Source: Bugula neritina (lineage: Eukaryota; Animalia; Bryozoa). From it: a stretch of 64,000 nt of DNA. The notes below the pieces were generated by a model. It was given only the letters and a program-made list of their open reading frames with translations, was not told the DNA's origin and did no database searches. Positions 14,187 through 26,330 of this stretch are shown one piece after another (the first letter of the stretch is position 1; each line of letters begins with the position of its first letter). Position numbers and translations under genes: made by a program. Where the stretch lies: contig OZ037769.1 of NCBI GenBank assembly GCA_964035545.1, positions 15,964,633-16,028,632 of the forward strand, in the 5' to 3' direction.

Positions 14187-17141
14187 ATTATTATTATTGT
14201 TGATTGACCGTAGTTTTTTAGCTGGTCTAACCTTTTACCATTGGCCTAGTTATACTAGGCTGAAATGGATAGAACTTTCCTCAGGATGTGAGCTTATCCT
14301 GATCCTAGTAAGGGTGTCTGCTGAATTAATGAGCATTTGTTTTCAGCTACTCCAAGTAGTGCCAGCCAGTCTACAATCTTGTATAAAGCTCCAAAGGCTC
14401 CAGTTACAACGGGATGACTTTTTTGATGTTTTCCAAAGGCGGGTTTATTCTAGTGCTAAATTCTGATATTTTCCTAACTTTTCGAATTTTTTTTCTTTTA
14501 CTCTGTAGTTAACAGGGACTGTGATATAAATTATCGTTGTTTCAGCATTATGCTTGTCAACTACTAATATATCGGGTCTCCTAACTTTGATGACTACGTC
14601 AGTGTGTATGTTAAAATCTTACAAGGTTTTTACATTATCATTTTCCAGTACGGATTCTGCTTGATGGCCGTACCAATTCTTACTTTTCTGAAACCCACGA
14701 AGTTCACACAACTACTATTGAAATTATCAATGCCAAAAGGTTGTGTTTTTTCTTATATTCTCCTTCTGCTACCTTCTCAAACTCACTCAATACGTGCATC
14801 GAAGTTTTGTCTCTTGCGTTACACATTCCACACTTCTTGCTACCCTGTTCTCTCATCATAGCCACTTTATAATTTCTAGTAGTGAATAGTTGATCTTGCG
14901 CAGCTGTCAGCAGTCCTTCTGTTTCCTTTTTCAGCCAACCATACTTCAACCAGTTCCAGGAAAATGCTTTCATGTCTTCCACCATTTTGATGTATTGACC
15001 ACGTGAAGCTTTTTCTTTACACTCATCAATTCGTTCTATCACTTTATCATTATTTAGTTCTACCGCTGTTTTGTCTTTTAGAAAGGTATTCAGTGTGGTG
15101 TTTCTATCAGTCTATGTTATATTTATGTAGTCTGACATGCTGCAGTTTTCAATCTTTATGCATTTTTCAGTTGACAACATTCTTCTACCGCCTTCCCTTC
15201 TGCTAAAATACAGCCTGCCTACATCTGCTCTCGGATAGGGTGCACGGTTTGTTGTCATTAGCTTCCTTGTCTTTCAGTCCATATTTTTTAGCTCATGAAA
15301 CAGTTCAGTCAAGTATTCTAGCTGTGTAATGCACTGCTGTTACTGCCCATGTGTTTATTGCTTTGATTGTGTTCTCACCATTCAGTTTTGAATCCAGAAG
15401 TTTTCTTATTTGTTTGTAGTACTCCTTGATCTTATTTTTCATTTCATATATTTGTATTCTATCAATCTCAAGAACTCCTAGATATTTATACGGCTTCTCA
15501 CCCAGATCTTTAATTACCTGTTCCTCAGGCAAACTGATTCCTGTGTCCTTGATTTTCTCTCCCTTTCTCATAACCAGTGTGGCACATTTTTTAATCCAAA
15601 TTTCATTTCTATATTCCTTGTGAAGATCCCGGCAGTGTTTACCAAAGCTTCCAGTTCTGACTTTGATTTCCTATTTACCTTCAGGTCATCCACATATAGG
15701 AGATGGTTTGTTTTCTGTCTCGTCGAAATTTGCATCTTTGAGCCGCTTCTGTCATGCGAATCGGTAGTTGGAGAAAAGGGATAGAGATAAAGAGTCTCCT
15801 TGGAAAATTCTTAGTTTGATCTTTATTTCTCCTATCTTTTCTTCCAGGTATTTCAGTTGTGTTTTCCAGGTTTCATGCTTTTTCTTATCAACCTTATGAC
15901 ATTAATTGCTATTCCAGTTGTTTGCATCGTTTCTAAGATCTAATTTCCTTGTCTTTACATATGCTCCAATTTGTTGCTAACTTTATTTAGTCATTCTGCA
16001 TTGGTATTATTTTTAGTTGGCTGACCCCATAATTATATTTTATCAGAATGCTTTTGATTTCCTTGTCAGGTGCCTCTTTAGATGTACGTATTCATTTCCT
16101 CGTAATTCTTGATAAAAGCGCTTATCATTGTAAACATTGTGTTCTGATTATATTGATCAACTCATTCTGTATATCTGTTTATCTTCTGGCTTACAGCTCT
16201 CAGGTTTTGCTTCAGTTTTTCAATCACTACACCACACTCTTTGTTTTTTATCCTATATTTTTCTTCAACCATTCTTCTCAATGAATCATTGTAAGCTCTA
16301 CTTTTTCACTCTGCTATTTTACTTAAGTCTGATCTAATTTTTTTTATTTCTTCTGCAGTCGTATTTTCCATACTTGTACATTGTCAGTTTTTCTTTTTCC
16401 TTTTTGTTACACACTTGTTCTGTTACTATTTTTCGCACAAGCCATGGTGGTGCTATTAAGCTCAATGGTATTAATAATCTCAACACGGTTTAGCACATCA
16501 TTAATCTGTTTTACTGCCTGTAGTAATTTGACCCTCTCAATGTGCCCAAGGGCTCTTAGTGTTGGTCGATCATTAGATAGTTTGTTATGCTCATTTATAA
16601 TTTTTCTACTAACACTTTTTCTACCTCTGAACTAGGTACTCTTAAAATTCTCATGGCTGATTTATATGCTATCTCATGTTGTACTATAACATCCTCTATT
16701 TGCAAATTTAGCTCTTCTTCATCAATTGATGTGCCTAATTTTTGCAAGGTTCCTTCTTCAATCTTATGGAGTTCTTCTTCCATAAAATGCTTGTGTTTCT
16801 TCATAGTTCTTGCTTAATCCGCTAGTCTCTATTCGCTGATGTTAAACTCTCCTCTGTTTTCCAGCGTTTGCACATTCTTTTTAAATAATTCCTTGATCCG
16901 GGTCTACAGAGCTCATACATTGTTTTTCTATGACCTCTCAATTTGGGTGTACTTTTGAAGCAGCATTTCATGACAACTTTGTTGTCTTCTCTTGAGTATC
17001 TTCTTCTAGTTGTGCCAGTAACGGGTTGACGGCCGTAGGTTGCCTGGTCCTCCACATACCCACTGCCAGACGAGACATGCCATGTTTAGTTAGACATACC
17101 ATTAACGTCGTTGGCTTTATTAGTTCTATTTTAATTGATCA
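14187..17141 (-). mobile_element. decayed R4/Dong-like non-LTR retrotransposon (RT + CCHC + restriction-like endonuclease), internally deleted, with many stops and frameshifts
   Basis: Minus strand: N-terminal RRRYSREDNKVVMKC..S.PK.RG.RK.M (16822-17055); RT motifs IFQGDSLS (~15785-15810) and NHLLYVDDLK (~15680-15710); YKYLG; C..C....H; RLE motif RPDILVVDK...EK..KYQNL (~14455-14580); flanked on both sides by (TTA/TAA)n tracts (14186-14198, 17142-17169). Confidence 0.8.
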
Positions 17142-18044
17142 TATTATTATTTTTAATTATTATTATTATCACTATCAGTAGCAAATAAATAATTTTATAT
17201 TTGTTATTAGTTACTACTTATATAAATTGAGTGCCACAGCTTGAGGGTTATAAAGTCAGTCTTAGTCAATGTAATGGGGATGCTGATACTGACATTTGGC
17301 TTCGAGCTCATAGTTAAATTGCTAACAACTATACCTAAGGATAACAGGAGTATTAAAATATTAATTTATAATGATTATAACCTTAGAATGGAGATATTAT
17401 TCTCAATTTATTCAGTTTTTACTTTACTAACTTTTATTTTATTCATCAACCTTACTGTCTATTTAAATAGCAAACTAAAGAATAATTATGAAGGCCTTTG
17501 AATTGAAGTACTTTTCTGTAGCTGATTAGATTTCAAGTATTAAAATAACATACTAAGACAGAATACCATTATATGAGCTAGATTAATAAAGTAAAGAAGA
17601 TTTCTTTGTTAATCAAAATATAGGTGTCACATATGCCTATTTTTAAGATTATGTTCTTATATGTGCTGTCTTTTTAATATTTTTAAAGTGCTACATTTTG
17701 AGGGTAGCCTACATCAATATGACTGCCCTGTAATTGCTTGTCAACTATAAGAGTTAGACCTATAAACTGTCTCATTTTCAAATTATCTTTACTTTTCTAA
17801 TTGATGTTAACATGACTATTCCTATTAGTATTTTGGTGTTTACCATTAGTAATGTTTGAACTAACATCAATATCATTGTTAATTTGTCTAATTATTCAAA
17901 TTTTAATATTCATCATTTGTGAACAGTAATAAAATTTTGTCTTTCTTAAATTAATGTGATGCTAGATTAGCTACTCTAGCAAGTGTGTATTGTGCAATGA
18001 GTACTAATGCCATATTTTTGCACTTCTTGTTCTATATAATTTAG

Positions 18045-19977
18045 ATTTAAGGTAACAATTCCTAAAGCTATCACATAATGCTGCTATCAGTTATAAAGAT
18101 GTCACTGATCCAAACATTGAAAACCAGCTGAGTGCATGCAAGGTTGAAAACTTATTTTCTCTGGTTAGGTAAGTAGAAAGGTATTTGCTGTAATTTACAA
18201 CTATTTTGTTTTCAACATCCTTGATGTTCATCTCTAAAAGATAAGTAGCACATAATGGTACCTGTTTTACTTAGCAGAAGAAATTATTGTCAAAGCTCTA
18301 TTACTACATTTTAAATTGTATGACACTCTTTTGACTACATTTGATTTCATATCTCAAATAATTATATTTCTGACTCATGAAACTGTAACCACACACTTGA
18401 GAACAAAATAAATAATGATATGGAAGCTTTCTTTAACTTTGTCAATTTAGTCACCAGCCAATGACTGAAAACATGTTTTGTACACTATTGATTGCCTCTC
18501 TATTTCCGCTATAAGGCAGAAATTTTAATCTCAAAATTTAAGACACTGGCAATTCTTCCCAATAATACGTTGTTCAAAACAAATATTTTTTGCCAAGTAA
18601 TATAGTATTTAATTATATTTTTTAGTCAAAGAAATTTGTTTGGTTTCTTGTGTCATCTTGAATAGCTTGTTATTCATTATCTTTTTCTTCGTGTTATGAC
18701 TATGAGTGTATATAACCTTTGCTGACAGGTTTTTCCCCCATCACTATATGTTTCTCTGTTTACTCTCTAACAGTTTTATTTCCATTCATTTTTTAGAGTT
18801 TACTAAAATGACATGGGTGTGCTTTGTTGTGGCTCCTAATTGAGCGCATCCGTTGAGATTATTGGAAGTTTTGTTGAAACTGAGCTGAGGCCTCTTACTC
18901 CTAAAGGCAAGAATTTGAGTCATCTTAGCTACTTGTAGCATATCAACATCGAACAGCACCATTCCACTACTCTAAGCTTAAGGTTTTGGCTGCATTAGAT
19001 CAACAGGTAAGTTTAATAGTTTGTATTTCGTACACTATTTCATGATGTCTGTTCAGCATTTACTTAGTAGCACACATTTATAGATTTTGCATTCTTTTAG
19101 TTTTTTGCAGTACAACTTTTCCACGCAACTATTACACTGTTGTTGCTGTTAATTGTGGTTTATTCTGCTTGACCATGCAATTATTGAATTATGTTGCAAA
19201 GGTGATTGAGTCCTTTTATTTAATTTAGTACACACTGGAAATCTGCAGTTTTTAGCCATTTTTACAATTTAGCTGCTAATGAACAATGCTTTTTGCCTAA
19301 AATTAGTGAGACATCAAGAAATTCACCTAAATAATCAAGGTTCTTCTTAATTTTGCATGATTTCTCATGTTTTTTCCTATTTATTCATTTCATTTGGATT
19401 GCCTACTGTTACAAACTAACCGTGGCGATCCGCAGTCAGAAGTTGCTGTAATTAGAAAAAAGCATAGGAAATCAAAGAAAATTAAAAAGAGCCTTGATTA
19501 TTTAGGTGTATTTATTGATATTTTTTTAGTTTCGGGCCAAAACTCATGTTCATTAGCAAAAACTTGAGATCTTCAGTATGTACTAACTTAAATAAAGTGA
19601 ACCAATTGCAGTAAATTTCTGCATTTTCTAATACTTCTCAAATTTACACCTAAAATAGTGCTGTCTTAAGAAAATGACACTAGCTGCTGTTTTCATGTAT
19701 GTGCCCCAATTGTATATAATGCTGTTGATTTGTTTAGTGCTTTTTCTATTTGTTTGTTATATAACTTTTCTTTTATGGTTGTTGCCAGCACCTAAAGCAT
19801 TATTCATTAGTGTCAATTAATTTCTACTCACAGTTTTACTGTTACATAGTTTATAAAGCCCTTGTGTCAACTTTTCTAGATATCCTGGTTAAAATTGTTC
19901 CACTTGATGAATGGCATAGGGCATATGCAATAGCAAAACAGTTGCAGGCTGTTTTGGAAAAAAAATTGTGCATATAA
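18045..19977 (+). pseudogene. degraded spliced coding fragments of unknown family (exon-like blocks 18045-18168, 18797-19006, 19880-~19977)
   Basis: Blocks start at polypyrimidine-ag; the first two end in ag|gtaagt; protein-like reading (QFLKLSHNAAISYKDV...; YQHRTAPFHYSKLKVLAALDQQ; ILVKIVPLDEWHRAYAIAKQLQ) but with in-frame stops. Confidence 0.35.
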
Positions 19978-22900
19978 TCTTTATTTTATACATGTTATTT
20001 AGGCTTTGGTAGAACTGTTGGAGAGCCTTCCTCTTGAATAAAGCTACTCAACTTCCTGGATTCTACTTTATTGACATTAACCCACTACCTACAACACGCC
20101 TTGAAATTTAGCTAATAAATTATGTATTTTGTGAGTTTTTTTAAATGTACAATGTTATGTATAAATTACAATCAGTTTATATATATATACATGTCTTTTG
20201 CTACTTAGTATTACAGTGTAAAAAGCATTTCAGGGTTAACAATTTAATTAATTGGCCCTAACAGTAATTATGTATAATACAGATTTGCAGATGCTTTAAA
20301 TGAACCCAAAAAGCTGATGTTGTTAAACAGTGTACAAAATAGTCACCTCATATCAGCCAGACATGCTTAGTCATTACCTAGCATTAAAATCATATTATGA
20401 ATGCAGTCAAGTTTTGATATGCATCCCTATTATTGATAGTTTGTGAACCAGCAATTAAATATCAAGAAGCAATATTACTAACCAATGTGCTGGTTAAAGA
20501 GTTTCAAGTTGTAGTTATAGTATCAAACTATTATAATGGCATAAAAAACTATCAGTTAAAACATCTTATTAATATTTACTACAGGAATACATATTATAGG
20601 TGTGCTAAAAATCTGGTAGAAGCATCAATTATTTTAGATGTTTTGGATTTAGTATCTCTGTACTATAATGTAATATACAGAACATCAAGTGCTATCTCCA
20701 CAGTGCATTGATGGCACTAATGAATATTAATACATGCAGGCAGTGTTGGTAATGATTTATTGAAATAGGAGTTTAAAAACTGTTTAAACAACAATGAAAA
20801 GCCTGAGATTAGTCCAAGGAGAGGGGTATTTCAAGCTAGCAGATGAGCAATATAGATGCGAAAGTCTTGCCTAAAAATCATTATTGTTATATCTAGTCAT
20901 TAATTTCTTGCAATAGATCTATTTCACTATTGAGAAGAACAAAATTAGCTAGTAAACACTGTAATAGAGTCAAGGCACTTTGGCAGTGCTAGTTTAAAAT
21001 AAACCTGGGATAGTCGAATAGCAGAAGTACTTTTTGATGCATAATATAATTATGTACAGCTTAAGATTTTGCAATACTGTGTTTTCAGTGAGATATTAAT
21101 TTCAATAGCTACATTAAAATAATGTACAATTCTAGCAAGTGATGCAAAATCTTCTAAGATGCTATGACTGTAGCAGTTTGCTACTAGTCTCAAGTAACAA
21201 ACCAAATAGCCTTTCTTTGTGCCACCATCCAAATGCCAAACAAATAACTCATTCACTCTGTAACAACAAGGTGGTCTCCTAAGTAGATTGTTAGACATCT
21301 CAGGCATTAATAACCAAAGGCTTTTCACTTTGGCATAATTGTATAGTTACCCAGCTAAATAAATAATGTATTCATGGTATCGTAATTCCAAGCCATGCAT
21401 TTATCTGTGAATGCAGCTAAGTATTTAATACGGCCTTACATTTATGTACTATGTAGCAATGCCTAATGTAGCTGTCAAGCTTCTACTTATACTCATTTTA
21501 CTGATGCTTTACTTCTGATTACATGATTACAAACATAGCAGTTCAAACAAAATTATTTTAGATAGGAATAAATATAATGCTCCTAGCAAATGTTGTAAAA
21601 CTATTTTCCAAAAACATATACTTTGCAAAAAAACTTTTCAGAAAGTTATAATGCATTTATCATATTATTGTTTCATTTAAAAGTTATAATGATAGAATAT
21701 TATACTTAAAACACACTCAAATTTTTAGATTCTTGTAATATTGTTAAACAAGAGTTAACAGTAAGATTGGCTGTAGAGTAGAATGTTTAGCTGTTTGTAC
21801 TGAAGCTAACAAGTAACTGGCATTAAAAAGAGATGTAGATAAAAAGTGACAGAATAACAACTGGCTTGTATATTGGTAGTGCAAAAAGCTGTATATAACA
21901 GTTTAAACAAATACCCATTAGAATAAATGGTAACCCAGTACTTAAAATGTGGTATGTCATAATACATATTTGTGGTGTATTGACTAGGCTAGATCAACAC
22001 ATAGCACTATATAATTGCTTTAGTATTTACAATTAGTTTGTGGTCTGGTGGGATTTGTTGATAGCCATTGTCTTTATTAACATAACAGTTTCATAAAATT
22101 AGCAGTTTTCCTTATTCACCTAGTTAATTTTTAAGATTTATGTACAATATTTACATATTAGGATATAAAAAATATCTTCAACCAGTGAATATCAAAATAA
22201 TGATTAAAGACATATTTTATGTCATATTCTTGTGGCAATCTAAATAATAAGCTGGTCTAAATTGTACTTGTGCAAACAGAACCAGCTCATGAATATATGT
22301 TGTCTTTTTTTAACTTGACAGTTAATCTAATATGGATGTGTATTTTATACTTGCTTTTGTGTTTAAGGTGATAAAATTGCACTGGTAAGGTAAATAAACG
22401 TTGCTTGTTTGGCATGCTTTTGCGTGGCATTGCATATTATGCTAAACTAATGGCCAGTTTTGCAGTAGCTTCACCATAACCTTCAAAAGAATGCAAATAT
22501 CATCTAATTATTGTAAGCTTTTTAAGTTAACTTGACTAGCTATAAACACATGTAAAACTATTAGGCTATTCCAATTTCACGATATACATAGCTCTATAAT
22601 TCTGAAAAACTGCTAGGTAGAGTGGAAATTAAACATGATCTATTCATTGCTAAAGTATAACAGCTATGAATAATATATATGTGATTACCTGAGTGATATC
22701 ACAATCTTCACTTGCTAAGTTAGTTTAAATACAGGAAAAAAATTAATCTGGGGAAAGATTATATATGAGAAGCTGTTTTTGTAATAATTCCCTGCTCTAG
22801 GGTGGTTTAGAAGAATTGTTTTAAAGCAAAACTTTTGCATACATGAGTTGAATAAAATCATTGAGAGTTTTATGAAGGTCTATTTGTGTATAGGTAGCCC

Positions 22901-24444
22901 TATGTCACAACTCAAGTTTTTAGATTTTATGTAATTTGTGGTGCAAAGTTGCAAATAAAAACCTTATTTTAATAATACTTAGACATATGCAAGCAATAAA
23001 GATAATGAAAAAAAATGCTATAGTTGCTAATTAGCTAATATTACTTGCATATGATGCAAATATTTGTATGCATGCATGTTTAGTTTATTAGCATTGGTTA
23101 GATATAATTGAATATATAGATTTGATGTGGAAATTGAAGAAAATCAATATGTTGTGTTCTATATACAACAACAGTTTGTACATTGGTTTGTTAATTACTT
23201 CATAAATCATTTATTACTTCATGCAATATTTGTTCCTGCAACTTTGCAGAGTGGCAAAATGCATTTCAAAGACATATATTAAGTGATTTTAATTATACTA
23301 GAATTTTCAAACTAAGAATTTTTGGGGAGTTTTCTTCTTCCTAAGACATATGTGGCAATTGAACACATAATAAGTGGTGGGCCACAACTCCTTTATACAA
23401 CCTTGCAAGAAATTATGCAGCCATTTAAATAGAAAAGAAATTATTGAATTTATTTATTCAACATTATTAGTATTTTATAAATATTTGTTGCATTTAATTA
23501 ATGAGCATAAAATTTGTCTTACAAATACTGTAATTAACAGCATGGTAAAAATATACTATATATACTGGTATATATTTTGTATTGTATTAGATTTAGGCTA
23601 CATTTCTAATTAAAATGAGTTAATGGCTAAGTTTAAATATCTTCGACTTATAGATTACATTTTTATGTGCTATAAAAATTTAACTCGTTTGTTACGACAT
23701 TTCTCCATGCATAAAAGCAAAACCTACTGCAAGAAATCCTTAGCTAGAAAGATAAATAATAATTTACTTTAATTACATCAAAAGCTAATATCAGCAAGCA
23801 TTCTATAAATAATGGTAATTTACCTAGTGTAATTTTTCTTAAACTAGCTAAGCTTGCTTGGTACTTTAATAAGTTTATTGGCATGGTGTATTATGTTATA
23901 CTTATATATTTTTAAGGCTTTAAGGAAAATGATGTTTTAGCTGCGTTATTCCTAATGCAAGCCTTATAAATTTACAATATATTATACTAAAATATTATGT
24001 TTGTAATTAGAAAGAAAACAAATTACTTTCATAAACTTATAATTATCGCATTCTGTTATTGTTAATGCTAGAATAACAAATTGAACACGGCATATGCTTC
24101 CCTAACCAGATGCTTTTAAACGGATTAAAAATAATTTGTCAATTTCTAATTATGAGGAACAAACTCCTCGATAGTTTCTACATTTGCGCATGATTTTATC
24201 AAGATAGGCTTGCTTTTGTGTCAACCTGTAGCCAGTGCAACTATACTTTATGTAACGAGTAAAACAGACTCATTTCAAAGTACACAGTCTAAAGGGTAGG
24301 AATTACTACAAAGAAAAGTGCCGGTTAAAAGTTAATTATAATTGGAAATAAGGTGAAATATCAGTCAGAAATTAAAAAGTGTCAACTAAAAAGGTGTATT
24401 GTTATTTCTTTTTGGCTTAATGAAAATGTTTTTTGAGGAAGAAG

Positions 24445-25160
24445 TGTGGTAAAATTGTGTATAGTAACTAATGCTTGTATTCCCCTTACTATTATTATCT
24501 TCATTCCCATGGAATGCGTGTTTTCTTAGATATACATCATTACTTAGCTATAGTATTGTAACAGCTAAGTGTTATGTTGGCAATGATAGGATTAGCTATT
24601 ATTCCCAGCTACTTATTACTACTAACGTGACTGGATTAGCTATTGTTTCTGACGGCTCACAGGAACACTTATATAATCAAGATAACCGGGATTTCCCTGC
24701 GAAGTTCGCTCGATTCGAGCGATTCCTTTATTCTAGCCCTGCGAATCCCCTGCGATTCGAGCGAATTCCCTCGAATTCGCTCAGAACATTCTGGGGGAAT
24801 GTTTCCCAAAATATAAAAGGAAGCCCTCAACACAGTAGAGTCAGTCTTCAGCCAGCAGCACAACAGGACACATCTCGGAGCTACCAAGCCAGGACAATAA
24901 CACACGTAGTTAATTATCTTATACTTTGTTTACCAGTTTACTAGTAAGTTTTCCATACATGTAAGGAGTTGTCCTCCCTAACTGCTATTTTTGGATTTAT
25001 ATATATTATGGAGTAAATAAAGGGGATTGTGAGTATTACATTTCTTATTTATTGTGCATAAATACCCTCTTACAAAGAGTCACTGTGTTCCATCAGCTAA
25101 CAACCCACACCAATAATTGCATGCAGCGAATCATAACATTCTACGCATAAAATTATTACA
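24445..25160 (+). repeat. 5' LTR
   Basis: tgtggtaaaa...attattaca; TATA-like tataaaa at 24812; aataaa at 25016; direct repeat of 32382-33097 (offset 7937). Confidence 0.97.
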
Positions 25161-25161
25161 C

Positions 25162-25179
25162 TGGTGGCAGCAGTGGGAT
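25162..25179 (+). promoter_or_regulatory. primer binding site, tRNA-Leu-like
   Basis: tggtggcagcagtgggat starts 1 nt after the LTR; complementary to ...AUCCCACUGCUGCCACCA, which resembles eukaryotic tRNA-Leu(AAG/TAG) 3' ends. Confidence 0.8.
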
Positions 25180-25229
25180 AATCGTCTGGTACAGACTAAG
25201 CTGATGCTCCCCTACGGGGAGAGACAACA

Positions 25230-26330
25230 ATGGATCCATTGAGGCCAGCGCCAGAGCTCGGGCCTGATGATGAACCAGCAGGAGGACGCTTCACCCTAGA
25301 GACATTGATTCGGACTCTCTGGGAAGACAGGGCAGCTGCACAGGCTCCACCTGGTGACAGGTTCCGCCTTAAAGCGCCAGTCTTCGACGGTGAAGGAAAT
25401 GTAGAACAATTTCTACAAGAATTCCGCGAGGTGGCCGTGGCCTCCCAGTGGCCGGCCCAGGTGGAATTACTGCAACTACGGTCCTGCCTGACAGGTCGAG
25501 CCAAACCCTATGCGGTAGGCCCGAATAGGGACCACATCATTGAGGCTCTGCGCGGCCGCTTGGGACTTACCGTCCGGGACGCGAGAGCCCGCCTCCAAGG
25601 ACTCCGACGAGACCCTAAGGTCTCACTACAGGATCACGCCAACAAAGTGGAGCAGCTAGTCCAGGTAGCCTACGGTAACGTAGACCTGGAGTCACGCCAG
25701 GCCATCACCTTTGATATCTTCCTGCAATCGCTCAATAACCTGAGCCTGCAACGGTATCTCTTGGCAGCTGGGGTCGACACCATTGAGGCTGCTCTGGCCA
25801 GAGGAAAGGCGTACTACCAGATCGGCGGGAGTCAGGACTGTGACAGCAGTGCCCGACGAGTCGAGTCAGACTGGGGAGAGGCTGCCGAAGACACTCGGCC
25901 GAGGCCTCAAGTAGCGGCCGCCGCCACTACACCCCCAACCCCACCCGAACTCTCCATGGTATTGGAGGTGGTGGACAAACTGCAAGGAGAGATCGCAACA
26001 TTGCGACGGGACCAAACTACTAACAGACCGGATCGGTCATACGGTAGTCAGCCCAACAAGGACGCTCAGTTAGAGCCTAGGGTAGCAGCTACTGCACCTA
26101 CCCCATCGACCTCAGCCGAAGTCTCCATGGTACTGGAGGTGGTGCGAGATCTACAGGCCGAAGTTAAGGCCCTGAGACGGGCCCAAACTACTAACCGGCC
26201 GAATCAGCCACGTAGTAGTCGCCCCGAAGGGTCTTCTCTCACGTGTTGGAAGTGTGGGACAACAGGTCATGTGCAACGAGACTGTCCCCGAGGACGCAGC
26301 GGTCTTTTAAACACCCAAGGCCTGCGGTAA
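25230..26330 (+). CDS. gag: Gag protein (366 aa) with CCHC zinc knuckle
   Basis: ORF directly after the PBS; FDG...F..F.....W capsid-like start; CWKCGTTGHVQRDC knuckle near the C-terminus. Confidence 0.92.
   Translation: MDPLRPAPELGPDDEPAGGRFTLETLIRTLWEDRAAAQAPPGDRFRLKAPVFDGEGNVEQFLQEFREVAVASQWPAQVELLQLRSCLTGRAKPYAVGPNRDHIIEALRGRLGLTVRDARARLQGLRRDPKVSLQDHANKVEQLVQVAYGNVDLESRQAITFDIFLQSLNNLSLQRYLLAAGVDTIEAALARGKAYYQIGGSQDCDSSARRVESDWGEAAEDTRPRPQVAAAATTPPTPPELSMVLEVVDKLQGEIATLRRDQTTNRPDRSYGSQPNKDAQLEPRVAATAPTPSTSAEVSMVLEVVRDLQAEVKALRRAQTTNRPNQPRSSRPEGSSLTCWKCGTTGHVQRDCPRGRSGLLNTQGLR

Noticed and set aside
20400-21500. Possible very old CR1/L2-like LINE remnant on the minus strand
   Set aside because: Only vague resemblance; no intact RT motif visible
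24471-24944. 157-aa ORF duplicated at 32408-32881
   Set aside because: Lies within the LTR; duplication is explained by LTR identity; no recognisable domain
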